This document shows, piece after piece, positions 41,435-51,409 of a stretch of 64,000 nt of DNA (position 1 is its first letter; every line of letters starts with the position of its first letter). Source of the DNA: an uncultured Collinsella sp. (GTDB lineage Bacteria > Actinomycetota > Coriobacteriia > Coriobacteriales > Coriobacteriaceae); assembly GCA_902470695.1 (NCBI GenBank), contig CABRHH010000008.1, positions 8,808 to 72,807 on the forward strand, written 5' to 3'. A program made the position numbers and the translations under genes. Under the pieces are notes generated by a model, which had not been told where the DNA came from, ran no database searches, and was given only the letters and a program-made list of their open reading frames with translations.

Positions 41435-42832
41435 CTAGTGCCGGCGCGCCAGCTCAAGCACGGCATCCACCACACCCTGCAGCGGCAGCTTCTCGCGACG
41501 GGCGATCGCCTCACAATCCTCGTGCTCGGGCGAGACGCGCTCATCGGCACCCGGCACCTGCACGATCTTCACGCGCACCGGTCCCCAGGGGGTTTCGACC
41601 TCCTCCAGGCGGCGCGGCAGCACCACGCGCTCCATCACCTGACGGCGCAGGCCCGTCGTGGTGGTCTCGCGCAGCACGACCTCCTGCAGGCGCGCCTCGT
41701 CCTCCGGCGCGCAGATTACCTGCAGCTGCCAGGCCGGACGGCCCTTCTTCGTATAGAGGGGCAGCCAGTGCACCTCGCGGGCGCCCGCCTCGCGCAGCAG
41801 GTCGGCCGCATAGGCGAGCTGCTCGCCCGCGCAATCGTCGATGTCGCACTCCAGCTTGACCACCGTGGTGGGCGGGTCGATCTCGGCAGACAGCGAGGTG
41901 GACGCAACGCCTTCCGGCCGGCCCGACGGCGCCTCCAGCAGCGCGGCGCGCAGCACCGAGGGGATCTCGTAGGTGCGCTTGCCCGCGCCCAAGCCCACCG
42001 CAAGCTCCCGGGCATGCTCGGGCAGCTCGGTCCAGGGCTCCAACGCCGCCACGAGCGCCGCGCCCGTGGGCGTCACCAGCTCGCCCTCCGCGTGGCCCGG
42101 AGACAGCGGCAGCCCGTGCGACAGGCAGATACTCAATGTAGCCGGCACCGGAACCGGAATGATGCCGTGCTGGCAACGGATCGTCCCGCAGCCGTCGATC
42201 AGCAGCGGCACCACCGCCCGGTCGATATGCAGGCTGTCGAGCAACACGGCGGCAGCCACGATATCCACGATCGAGTCGACGGCGCCCACCTCGTGGAACG
42301 CCACCTCATCAACCGACACCTCGTGGGCGTCGGCCTCAGCCTCGGCCAGGATGCGGAAGGTGCGCCGCGCCAGCACGCGCGCGCCCTCGGTCATATCCGC
42401 CGCGTCGATAAGCGACAGGATATCGGCCAGGCCGCGGTGCTCGTGGGCATGGCCGTGCGCGGCGGCCTCCGCATGCCCCGCCGCCACCGCGCCGGCAGCG
42501 GCGGCAGGGCCGGCCTCGCTCGTACCCTCGCCCGTCACCCGTCCCGCATCCTCGCCGTGGAGGTAGGCCATGTCGTGATCGTGATTCTCGTGCGCCTCGT
42601 CCAAGACCACGTCGAAGTCGCAGCAATCCTGCCCCGCCTTCTCCGCGCGGCTCACGCGCACCTCGAACCCGCCGACCGGCAGGCTCGCCAGCGCCCGATC
42701 CATGGCCGCACGGTCGGCGCCCACATCGAGCAGGGCTCCTACCAGCATGTCGCCCGCGATGCCCGCCGAGCAATCCAGCCACAGCACGCGCTCGGCGGCT
42801 GCAGCGCCAGCGCACCTGTTCTCGTTTTCCAT
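41435..42832 (-). CDS. larC: Nickel pincer cofactor nickel-insertion protein LarC (single fused ORF)
   Basis: GIAGDMLVGAL, His-rich segment, FHEVGAVDSIVDI, HGIIPVPVPA, ELVTPTGA, KKGRP, ETTTTGLR and PEHED. Confidence 0.92.
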   Translation of the reverse strand: MENENRCAGAAAAERVLWLDCSAGIAGDMLVGALLDVGADRAAMDRALASLPVGGFEVRVSRAEKAGQDCCDFDVVLDEAHENHDHDMAYLHGEDAGRVTGEGTSEAGPAAAAGAVAAGHAEAAAHGHAHEHRGLADILSLIDAADMTEGARVLARRTFRILAEAEADAHEVSVDEVAFHEVGAVDSIVDIVAAAVLLDSLHIDRAVVPLLIDGCGTIRCQHGIIPVPVPATLSICLSHGLPLSPGHAEGELVTPTGAALVAALEPWTELPEHARELAVGLGAGKRTYEIPSVLRAALLEAPSGRPEGVASTSLSAEIDPPTTVVKLECDIDDCAGEQLAYAADLLREAGAREVHWLPLYTKKGRPAWQLQVICAPEDEARLQEVVLRETTTTGLRRQVMERVVLPRRLEEVETPWGPVRVKIVQVPGADERVSPEHEDCEAIARREKLPLQGVVDAVLELARRH

Positions 42833-42834
42833 CG

Positions 42835-43599
42835 CTATACCGCCTTTCCGGGCAGATGGTTGATGAGCGACGCCTGGAACCCGGCGCCGAACCCGTTGTC
42901 GATATTGACCACCGAAACGCCGCTTGCGCAGCTGTTGAGCATGGCGAGCAGCGCCGTCACGCCGCCCAGGCTCGCCCCGTACCCAACGCTCGTGGGCACC
43001 GCGATCACCGGACAGGACGCCAGCCCCGCGATCACGCTCGCGAGCGCCCCCTCCATGCCGGCCACCGCCACGATCACGCGCGCCTGCCTGATCTCGTCCA
43101 CATGGGCGAGCAGGCGGTGGATGCCCGCCACCCCCACGTCGCACAAGCGCTGCACGCGGTTGCCCAAGAACTCCGCGGTCTGCGCGGCCTCCTCGGCCAC
43201 CGCCAGATCGCTGGTGCCGGCGCAGGCAACCAACACGGTTCCCGCACCGTCGGGCTCGGGCGGCTCACCCACCGTACCCAGATGCGAGACTTCGTCGTAC
43301 GCCAGCTCGATCCCGCGGGCGCGCACCGCGGCGGCCTTGGAGGCATCCAAGCGCGTCACCAGCACACGCCGCTGGCCGGAGCGTTGCATCGCGGCGGCGA
43401 TCCCCGCGATCTGCTCGGCGGTCTTGCCGGCGCCGTAGATCACCTCGGCCACGCCGGTGCGGGCGGCGCGATCGGTGTCCACCAGCGCATAGCCCACGTC
43501 GACCATCGACGCGGCGCGCACGCGATCGACCAGGTCCTGCGGTGCAAGCTCACCGGCAGCCACACGTGCGGCCAGCAAACGCACCTCGTGTTCGTCCAT
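42835..43599 (-). CDS. larB: NPN biosynthesis carboxylase/hydrolase LarB
   Basis: EVIYGAGKT, AGTSD, DVGVAGIHR, AGMEGAL, VPTSVGYG and VVNIDNGFGA. Confidence 0.95.
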   Translation of the reverse strand: MDEHEVRLLAARVAAGELAPQDLVDRVRAASMVDVGYALVDTDRAARTGVAEVIYGAGKTAEQIAGIAAAMQRSGQRRVLVTRLDASKAAAVRARGIELAYDEVSHLGTVGEPPEPDGAGTVLVACAGTSDLAVAEEAAQTAEFLGNRVQRLCDVGVAGIHRLLAHVDEIRQARVIVAVAGMEGALASVIAGLASCPVIAVPTSVGYGASLGGVTALLAMLNSCASGVSVVNIDNGFGAGFQASLINHLPGKAV

Positions 43600-43746
43600 C
43601 CTCGCCGTCCCTCCTCATACCGTCGCGCATCGATGATATGCCTGGACCTTACTCCAAGCGCAAGCTGCGCGGACATGCCGCGCAGCGCATCCAACACCGC
43701 GCGCACCGCAGTCCAACCCACGGTGTCAATCGCTTGCACGATGTGC

Positions 43747-44415
43747 CTAGGCTACCACGTAACGCTCGAGCTGAGCGGGCTCGAGTATGGTAATCTCGCA
43801 GTCTTTCCGACCGGTGCGGATCACGCCCTGCTCTCTGAACCCCCTCAGGATACGATTCACGCTGTTACGCGACGAGATGCCGCAGAACCCGGCGATATCC
43901 TCATTCGTTACGCATAAACCAATCCGCACACCATCTTCAACAGAAACACCGAAATCCCGCGCGACCTCGTACAGGAACGCGCCCACCGCACCGGTCTTAC
44001 CGTTCATGGTGAAGCAGCGGGTGCGGTGCATGGCGCGCTCGAGATTCAGGCGGTAGTAGTCCTTCACATAGGACAGCAGGCGCGCATCGCTGTTCACGCA
44101 GTTCCAGAACGTGACGCGCGGCACGCTGAGATACGTGGCGCGCTCGGATTCCACGCGCACGTTGAACGGTGCGTCGGTGAGGTTCGACTCCTCGTCGCGC
44201 AGCAGCGACACCGGGTTGGGCCCTTTGATGTAGGAGATGTTGTACTCGCGACCCTCGCGCATGATCACGCTCGCCTTGACCACGCCGTCGAGCAGCACGT
44301 AGGTGTTCGACTGACCCAAGCCGTAGTAGGAGAGGTATTCCCCGTGGCTTTTGGCTGAAATCGGAACGCCCCGCGCCTTGAGCTGCTCCACCAGATATGC
44401 GTGATCGAGCTCCAT
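43747..44415 (-). CDS. larR: Crp/Fnr family regulator (LarR-like)
   Basis: cNMP-like N-domain plus HTH (TNEDIAGFCGISSRNSVNRIL); divergent from larA. Alternative start GTG at 44421. Confidence 0.8.
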   Translation of the reverse strand: MELDHAYLVEQLKARGVPISAKSHGEYLSYYGLGQSNTYVLLDGVVKASVIMREGREYNISYIKGPNPVSLLRDEESNLTDAPFNVRVESERATYLSVPRVTFWNCVNSDARLLSYVKDYYRLNLERAMHRTRCFTMNGKTGAVGAFLYEVARDFGVSVEDGVRIGLCVTNEDIAGFCGISSRNSVNRILRGFREQGVIRTGRKDCEITILEPAQLERYVVA

Positions 44416-44604
44416 CTGCACCTCGTTTTCGCCCGTCTACCTGCCCACTTATGCTGTGGGTAGCGCGTTTTTACGCGCAGCAGCCTACCGCTCGGACACA
44501 TCAGGTACAGTACCATTTGTTACATACATTTGTGTGCGAAGAGAACACCGGCGAGTTCCATAGTGCTGCCGAACCAACAACACCCTTATGAGAAAGGCCT
44601 CCCG

Positions 44605-45879
44605 ATGTTCGAAATCGACGTCCCCTTCGACCACGGCACCAAGCGCGTGGCGCTTAACGAGCGCAACCTCGCCGGCGTGCTCACCGGTCACCAGAACAGC
44701 TTCCATACCGACAAGACCCAGCAGGAGCTGGTTGAGGACGCGCTCGACGCCCCCATTGGCTCGGAGTCGCTCGAGCAGCTCGCTCGCGGCAAACGCGACA
44801 TCGTCATCATCAGCTCCGATCACACGCGCCCCGTGCCCTCGCGTGTGACCATGCCGATCCTGCTGCGTCGCATCCACGCCGCCGCGCCTGAGGCGCGCGT
44901 GCGCATCCTGGTGGCCACCGGCATGCATCGCCCCTCCACCCACGAGGAACTCGTGAACAAGTACGGCGAGCAGATCGTGGCCGACGAGGAGATCGTCATG
45001 CACGTCGCCACCGACGACGCGGCGATGACCCGCATCGGCACCCTGCCTTCCGGCGGCGAGTGCATCATCAACTCCGTGGCCGCAGGCGCCGATCTGCTCA
45101 TTGCCGAGGGCTTCATCGAGCCGCACTTCTTTGCGGGCTTCTCAGGCAGCCGCAAGTCCGTGCTGCCGGGTGTGGCCTCGTATAAAACCATCATGTACAA
45201 CCACAACGGTGAGTTCGTGAACGACAAGAACTCGCGCGCCGGCAACCTGTCACACAACCGCGTGAACGAGGACATGTTCGCCGCCGCCGAGATGGCGCAC
45301 CTGGCCTTCGTGCTCAACGTGGTGCTCAACGGCTCGCACGAGGTCATCGGCGCGTTCGCCGGCGACCTGCACGCCGCCCACGAGACCGGCTGCGACTTCG
45401 TGCGCGAGCTGGCAGGCGTGAAGGCCGTGGACTGCGACATCGCCATCACCACCAACGGCGGCTACCCGCTCGACCAAAACATCTACCAGGCCGTGAAGGG
45501 CATGTGCGCCGCCGAGGCCACGCTGCCCGAGGGCGGCGTCATCATCTCGGTGGCCGGCTGCGCCGACGGCCACGGCGGCGAGGGCTTCTACCGCAACATC
45601 GCCGACAGCGCGCCGGCGGCCTTCGAGCGCGCCTGCATCGACCGGCCCAAGGACCAGACACTGCCCGACCAGTGGACCAGCCAGATCTTCGCCCGCATCC
45701 TGGCGCATCACCCCGTGATCCTGGTAAGCGACCTGGTGGACCATCAGATGGTTCACGACATGCACATGACGCCGGTCAACACCGTTGAGGAGGCGCTCCA
45801 GCTTGCCTTCAGCCTCAAGGGCGAGGACGCGAAGGTGGCCGTGATCCCCGACGGCCTGGGCGTCGTGGTGAGCCGGTAG
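44605..45879 (+). CDS. larA: Nickel-dependent lactate racemase
   Basis: SDHTRPVPS, ATGMHR, EPHFFAGFSGSRKS, IMYNH, YQAVKG and PDQW; GAAAGG RBS. Confidence 0.92.
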   Translation: MFEIDVPFDHGTKRVALNERNLAGVLTGHQNSFHTDKTQQELVEDALDAPIGSESLEQLARGKRDIVIISSDHTRPVPSRVTMPILLRRIHAAAPEARVRILVATGMHRPSTHEELVNKYGEQIVADEEIVMHVATDDAAMTRIGTLPSGGECIINSVAAGADLLIAEGFIEPHFFAGFSGSRKSVLPGVASYKTIMYNHNGEFVNDKNSRAGNLSHNRVNEDMFAAAEMAHLAFVLNVVLNGSHEVIGAFAGDLHAAHETGCDFVRELAGVKAVDCDIAITTNGGYPLDQNIYQAVKGMCAAEATLPEGGVIISVAGCADGHGGEGFYRNIADSAPAAFERACIDRPKDQTLPDQWTSQIFARILAHHPVILVSDLVDHQMVHDMHMTPVNTVEEALQLAFSLKGEDAKVAVIPDGLGVVVSR

Positions 45880-46243
45880 GCCTTCGGGGCTCTTCGCGCA
45901 GCGGGGCGTGGGCACGCGCGGCGGGGCGAGGCCCGATGGCTCGGGGCCTGGGTGCGCGCAGCGGAGTGTGTGAGGCGAGGCGCGTTGGACGGCGGCGCTT
46001 GCGGGCGGGCGCGGGCCGGCGCGGAGCTGTTCGCCCGGCCGTGCGCGGTCAAGCGCCGCACCGAGCACCTAACCGTGTGTAGTCAGGCCCGCCTCCCCCT
46101 GCCGCATCTCCACCTCGCCATGCCTCTGCCGCCTTCCATCCCCGCCGCCCCTCTCTATCCCCGCCGTCCCCTGTCTTCACCCCTCTTCTACCATTCATCC
46201 CTTCCTTTCCTATTCAACCCTTTCTCTCTATAAGGAGCTTTTC

Positions 46244-46978
46244 GTGCCGTACAACATCTTTGCCGAGTTCGCCGCCACTGCCCTCATGATCGTTTTCGGC
46301 GTGGGCGTCCACTGCGACGAGGTCCTCAAAGGCAGCAAGTACCGTGGGTCGGGCCACATGTTCGCCATCACCACCTGGTCGTTCGGCATCTCCGTGTGCC
46401 TGTTCATCTTCGGCGGCAGCGTGTGCATGAACCCCGCCATGGCGCTTGCGCAGGCCATCATCGGCCTCATCCCGTGGTCGAGCTTCGTGCCGTACGTGAT
46501 TGCCGAGATGCTCGGCGGCATCTGCGGCGCCGTGATCGCCTGGTTCCTGTACGCCGACGACTTCAAGGCGTCGGCCGACTGCGTTGACCCGGTGGCGGTG
46601 CGCAATATCTTCTCCACCAACCCCACCCAGGAGTCCTACGACCTGCCGCGCAACTTCTTCGTTGAGGCGTTCGATACGTTCGTGTTCCTGACCGGCATCC
46701 TGTGCATTGCCTCGCGCGGCGGGGAGAACGTGCTGTTCGTGGCCGTGTGCGTGGGCCTGCTCGTGTGGGCCGTTGGCATGGGCCTGGGCGGCGTGACCGG
46801 CTTCGCCATGAATCAGGCGCGCGACCTCGGTCCGCGCATCGCCTACCAGCTGCTGCCCATTTCGAACAAATGCGACAACAACTGGAAGTACGGCCTGCTC
46901 GTTCCCGGCATCGCGCCGTTCGTGGGCGCCGTGTGCTCGGCGCTGTTCGTGACCTTCGTGCTGGGGATTACGTTCTAG
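46244..46978 (+). CDS. MIP/aquaglyceroporin (LarD-like lactate channel)
   Basis: MNPA and variant MNQARDLGPR motifs; 6 TM; AAGGAG RBS before GTG. Confidence 0.88.
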   Translation: MPYNIFAEFAATALMIVFGVGVHCDEVLKGSKYRGSGHMFAITTWSFGISVCLFIFGGSVCMNPAMALAQAIIGLIPWSSFVPYVIAEMLGGICGAVIAWFLYADDFKASADCVDPVAVRNIFSTNPTQESYDLPRNFFVEAFDTFVFLTGILCIASRGGENVLFVAVCVGLLVWAVGMGLGGVTGFAMNQARDLGPRIAYQLLPISNKCDNNWKYGLLVPGIAPFVGAVCSALFVTFVLGITF

Positions 46979-47119
46979 AGGCGGGCGGCGGAGGGCAGCG
47001 CGCTGCGGGCCGCGGCGAATCGCGGTGGCCGACGGGCTGCAGGTCGCGGCGGGTTTCAGGCCGCGGACATCGGCGGGATTCAACGGGCTGTGGCGATCCC
47101 GAGCTGTCAACCGACTTCC

Positions 47120-47301
47120 GGGTTCGCTTTCCGGCCATCGGCTTGTTTCCAAGCTCACCCGGCGCCCATCGACGCATCTCGGGTTCGAATTTCGGACATC
47201 GATGCAACTAGGGTTCGCCTACTGGACATCTGGAGGCTGAAAACGGCTCTGGATGGCCACAACCCGAACCCTCGTTGCACGGACGGGTCGAATCCGAACC
47301 C
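47120..47301. repeat. 30-bp-phased palindromic repeat element, copy D
   Basis: GGGTTCG at 47120, 47181 and 47211; centre AAAACGGC; CGAACCC ending at 47271 and 47301. Confidence 0.85.
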
Positions 47302-47448
47302 GATTTTCGCGAGCGAAGACGGACCGCGGCACAAAACCCTCCGACCCGCCCGGGCGAGACCGCAAAAGCGGTCTCGCCCGTTCTCGTATTTGCGCACGGC
47401 ACGCAGACCCGCATCCCAGATGCTGCCCCCGACCGACGACGAGCTTTC

Positions 47449-48020
47449 GGGTTCGAATTTCGGACATCGACGGGATCCAGGGTTCGCCTCCCTGCCATCG
47501 ACAAACCCGGGCTCGCCTTCCGGCCATCGATGAACCCCGGACTCATCTCCTGGCCGTCAACCAACTTCCGGGTTCGCGTCCCAGCCGTCGGTCGACTTCC
47601 AGTTTCGCCCCATATCCATCGGTGCAACTAGGGTCCGCTTTCGCCCATCGACGGGTATACGGGTTCGCTCGGCATCCATCGGCGCATCCCTGGTTCGGAT
47701 TTCGGCCATCGACGCAATGTGGGTTCGCCTCCTGGACTTTCAAGGGCCGAAAACGGCTTCAGATGGACAAAGCCCGAACCCGGTTTGCGTGGAGAGCTCG
47801 AATCCGAACCCTCGTTGACCGGACGGACAAGACCCGAACCCTGGATGCGCCGATGGACACGTCCCGAACCCCCGGCTGACCGAGCGGACACAACACGGCC
47901 GCCGTCACGCCAACAGGCAAGCCTTAGCCGCGCCAACAGGCGAAAGCAGACCGGCAGCATCCCAATCCCGTCACAAAAACGGCCAAAGCCCAAACCCTCA
48001 CTGCGCAAACGGACACAACA
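47449..48020. repeat. 30-bp-phased palindromic repeat element, copy E, plus tail
   Basis: About 10 forward units ending at 47721, centre AAAACGGC, 4 inverted units, then a tail shared with copy F. Confidence 0.88.
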
Positions 48021-48075
48021 CGGACCCTGCACCTACGAACGAATCAGGCCCGGACCTTCGAACACTCAAATAGCG

Positions 48076-48789
48076 CTAGCATTCCCCATCCATCGCAACG
48101 TTTCCAACATGTGCAGGATAGTCAGAGAACATGAAATGACGCGCCGGCTCATCCTCCTCGACAGACGGTATTCGGTCCTGTGGCTCCTTGAATCGATTGT
48201 CCGTGTTGTCATCATTGGTCGTTGAGACCTCAAACAGCATGACATCCCCGGTCCCGGGAACCCCCTGCCACTGATGATACTGATAAGGCATCAGCGTGAT
48301 GCTCTGACCCGGATGCAGCACAACGCTCCCTCCCGCAGGAACAACTACGCGCTTCCCGTCAATCGAAACGACCACGTCCGCGTCGGTAAAATCCTCCTTC
48401 TCTGGACGAGACTGCCAAAGCGTTATTTCCAGATCTCCGCCACCGCGATTGATGATGTCTTCTATCTTCTGCCAATGGAAATGGAAAGGTAGGATCTGCC
48501 CGTCGCGCACAAACAGCAGTTTCTCGCAATACGGCTTCCTGTAGACATCCTTATGGTAGAAATTGCCATTGCGGAATACAAAAACCGTGAGACCGTATGC
48601 AAGAAAATCCCCGGTGCCGAAGTCGGTCACATCCCATCCCAGCATGTTGTCGACCTGCTCGCGCTCGGAATCGTCCACGGCCCGCCAGGCATCCGGTGTG
48701 CGAAACGCCATGGGCGGCAACGGCAACTTAAACTCCTCACACGCCTTCATCACGTACTCGATTGCTCGATTGATTTCCGATCGCTTCAT
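48076..48789 (-). CDS. D-lyxose/D-mannose family sugar isomerase (cupin)
   Basis: MKRSEIN, LGWDVTDFG, YCEKLL, PFHFHWQKIEDIINRGGG and EVSTTNDDNTDNRF. Confidence 0.88.
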   Translation of the reverse strand: MKRSEINRAIEYVMKACEEFKLPLPPMAFRTPDAWRAVDDSEREQVDNMLGWDVTDFGTGDFLAYGLTVFVFRNGNFYHKDVYRKPYCEKLLFVRDGQILPFHFHWQKIEDIINRGGGDLEITLWQSRPEKEDFTDADVVVSIDGKRVVVPAGGSVVLHPGQSITLMPYQYHQWQGVPGTGDVMLFEVSTTNDDNTDNRFKEPQDRIPSVEEDEPARHFMFSDYPAHVGNVAMDGEC

Positions 48790-48840
48790 AACATGCATCC
48801 TCTCTTTTCCGATGGCGACCCTGGCATATCCCAAGAGAGC

Positions 48841-49911
48841 CTAAAACCCGTTCTCCTCCTTGTAGCGAGCAACGTCCTCTTGCGAACCAAGCACGCCCAC
48901 CTCAATCGATACACGCTTGGTCGCCCGTGCCGGCAGGACCTCCAGCCCCCGCTGAGAACGCTCCTCCCTCCTGCCACTCACAAACGCATTGCCAGGCTCG
49001 ATGCCCGCCACATAGTTCCCTTGACCCAAGAATTTCCACTGCGTAAAGCAGGGCAGCTGACGACTATCGAACTTTAAAAACACTCCAAGCCCAACTCGAT
49101 CATTCACGATCGCCACCGTTGACATGCCGCCCCTTGCAGCGTTAAGACGATGGTAGTAAACGACATCCTTGTAGCCGGGGGTTGGGCCAACATACCTGTC
49201 ATGCGGCTCCGCCTGCTCGCTCGCAACGTCATCCCGCGGGACAACGCTGTCCGAATGCGCGAGAAGCCTTGAACCTTCATCAATAACAGGGTGCCCAATG
49301 TTGAAGTGGTACAGAAGCATGATTTCCTGGTCAGTAAACCCCTGGTTTTCGATTTCATCTTCAATTTGAATACTAGTACCGCCCTGCCTCGCCTTGATGC
49401 TTCTGTGCAAAACCAAATTGTGGGCAAGCGCCTTACTTTCGCGCACGTCTCCACACACCTCGTAGACCACCGAACCGTCGTCGCCAACGATCTCACGCAC
49501 ACAGACCGAAGAGGCGGGAATACTGGAAATGCGCCCGTGCATGGGAAGCGACTCGCCGCCATCGACACAGGGCGCTCCCGTATTCCGCAGCCCGCCCATC
49601 ACCAGCAAGCCGCCGCCATAATTCTGAAGCCAGCCATCGGCCGCCTGGTCGCAGTACGCCGGATGGCACTCGCATCCGTAAGCGGGATAGGCCATGGGGA
49701 TTCCTTTGAATGAAAACCGCCCGATATCCATTCCGCGCGACTCATTCACCTCAAACTCAAGACCCGAGCCAGTACGCACCTGCGTAAGGCGCACACCGCG
49801 AGAACGACCTTCCACCAGCTCAAACCGACGAATGCCGGCAATGCAAGAAGAATCCCCGTAGAACTCGTCCAGATCGCGTTTTTCGTACGCCCTTCCAAGC
49901 ATCTCAATCAT
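48841..49911 (-). CDS. Aldose 1-epimerase superfamily protein (DUF4432-like)
   Basis: RGMDIG, GGLL..GGL.NTG, PMHGRIS, LYHFNIG and GIEP. Confidence 0.8.
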   Translation of the reverse strand: MIEMLGRAYEKRDLDEFYGDSSCIAGIRRFELVEGRSRGVRLTQVRTGSGLEFEVNESRGMDIGRFSFKGIPMAYPAYGCECHPAYCDQAADGWLQNYGGGLLVMGGLRNTGAPCVDGGESLPMHGRISSIPASSVCVREIVGDDGSVVYEVCGDVRESKALAHNLVLHRSIKARQGGTSIQIEDEIENQGFTDQEIMLLYHFNIGHPVIDEGSRLLAHSDSVVPRDDVASEQAEPHDRYVGPTPGYKDVVYYHRLNAARGGMSTVAIVNDRVGLGVFLKFDSRQLPCFTQWKFLGQGNYVAGIEPGNAFVSGRREERSQRGLEVLPARATKRVSIEVGVLGSQEDVARYKEENGF

Positions 49912-51409
49912 TGACCGCACCGCCCACAAGAGGAAACACGTGCCTTAGTGCCGGATACAGAGATTCAAACGCGCGATAGCGCTCATCGTATCGCATTGCC
50001 GCGGACGCATCCGGCGCAACCAGCTTCGTCGGCCCCGGCACACACGACTGCGCCGCCACCTTCACATCCGGATACAGCCCGCATCCAACCATAGAAAGGA
50101 GGCAGGCGCCATATCCTGGTCCGCCGCTCGAGTCGAGCACGCGCACCGGCATATTGAATACGTCTGCCACGATCTGGCACCATGCATCGTTTTGAGCACC
50201 GCCGCCGCAAAGGGTAAGGTCGTCAACGCGCACCCCGGCGTCCACAGCCACATTGAACGACTGGCGGAGCGCAAAGGTCACGCCCTCAATCACCGCCTGC
50301 ACCATATCTGTGCGAGTCGTATCCATATCCATGCCGACAAATGCGGCGCGAGCGCCCGCATCATTGATAGGCGATCGCTCCCCCATCAAGTACGGAAGGA
50401 AAAATGTCCGGTTGCGGCCAAAAGAACTGGGAACGATTTTACCGATTTCCTGCGAAAAGCCTGAAGCAAGTATATTCTTGACCCACCATCCGTTGGCAGA
50501 AGCGGCCGAAAGGATACATCCGAGGAGATGGTACGAACCCGTAGCATCAGCGAACGCGTGCAGCCCATCCCCAGCCAGCTCGGGCATCGTCTGCGCAGGA
50601 ATGAACACCGTTCCGCTCGTTCCCAGGGAAATGTTGCACTGCCCCTCGCGCACGCATCCCATACCAACCGCTGACGCCGCATTATCCCCAGCCCCAACAG
50701 AAACCCGAACGCCTTGCGGCAAGCCGCAATCCATCGCGGCAGACGCGCTGAGCTTCCCCACAACTTCCCAGCTTTCGCGCACCGATGGCAGCTGCCGCAT
50801 ATCAACACCAACAAGATCGACCATGAAACGAGACCAGACGCGATTTCGAACGTCAAATAGAAGCGTTCCGCTCGCATCCGAAACATCGGTGCAGAACATC
50901 CCGGTCATACGGTAAACGAGGTAGTCCTTAGGAAGCATCAGCTTGTCAATGCGCTTGAAAAGCTCAGGCTCATGCGCTCGCATCCACAGCAGCTTTGGCG
51001 CCGTAAACCCCGGAAATGCAATATTGCCGCAATGGTCTATAAGGTGTTGCTTCCCAATAGTCCCATTGAAATATGAACACTCTTCAACGCTTCGACCGTC
51101 ATTCCAGAGTACGGCGGGCCGGATAACCCTATCGTTCTTGTCGAGCACCACCAGCCCGTGCATCTGCCCCGCAAACGAGATGCCCTCCACAGCCGCGGGA
51201 CCGCTTCCCGACTGCACGACCACCTCACGCACGGCAGACACCGCAGCGTCATACCAGTCCTCTGGGTTTTGCTCGGACCACCCGGGCCGAGGGTGGCTGC
51301 ACGGATACGAACGGGAGGCCGTTCCAATTACGTTGCCCCGCTTATCGGCAAGCGTTGCCTTGACGGAAGAGGTTCCGATGTCGACTCCGATAAACATGGC
51401 AGCCTCCAT
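49904..51409 (-). CDS. xylB: Xylulokinase-like FGGY carbohydrate kinase
   Basis: GVDIGTSSVK, GQMHG, LWNDGR, TDVSDASGT, GAGDN, SLGTSG and PYLMGER. Confidence 0.85.
   Translation of the reverse strand: MEAAMFIGVDIGTSSVKATLADKRGNVIGTASRSYPCSHPRPGWSEQNPEDWYDAAVSAVREVVVQSGSGPAAVEGISFAGQMHGLVVLDKNDRVIRPAVLWNDGRSVEECSYFNGTIGKQHLIDHCGNIAFPGFTAPKLLWMRAHEPELFKRIDKLMLPKDYLVYRMTGMFCTDVSDASGTLLFDVRNRVWSRFMVDLVGVDMRQLPSVRESWEVVGKLSASAAMDCGLPQGVRVSVGAGDNAASAVGMGCVREGQCNISLGTSGTVFIPAQTMPELAGDGLHAFADATGSYHLLGCILSAASANGWWVKNILASGFSQEIGKIVPSSFGRNRTFFLPYLMGERSPINDAGARAAFVGMDMDTTRTDMVQAVIEGVTFALRQSFNVAVDAGVRVDDLTLCGGGAQNDAWCQIVADVFNMPVRVLDSSGGPGYGACLLSMVGCGLYPDVKVAAQSCVPGPTKLVAPDASAAMRYDERYRAFESLYPALRHVFPLVGGAVND

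Noticed and set aside
43600..43746. Possible larE remnant between larR and larB
   Set aside because: The translation shows no PP-loop (SGGxDS) or other recognisable LarE motif.
47120..47880. GGTTCG motifs as tRNA genes or fragments
   Set aside because: They resemble a T-loop, but no cloverleaf, acceptor stem or CCA is present.
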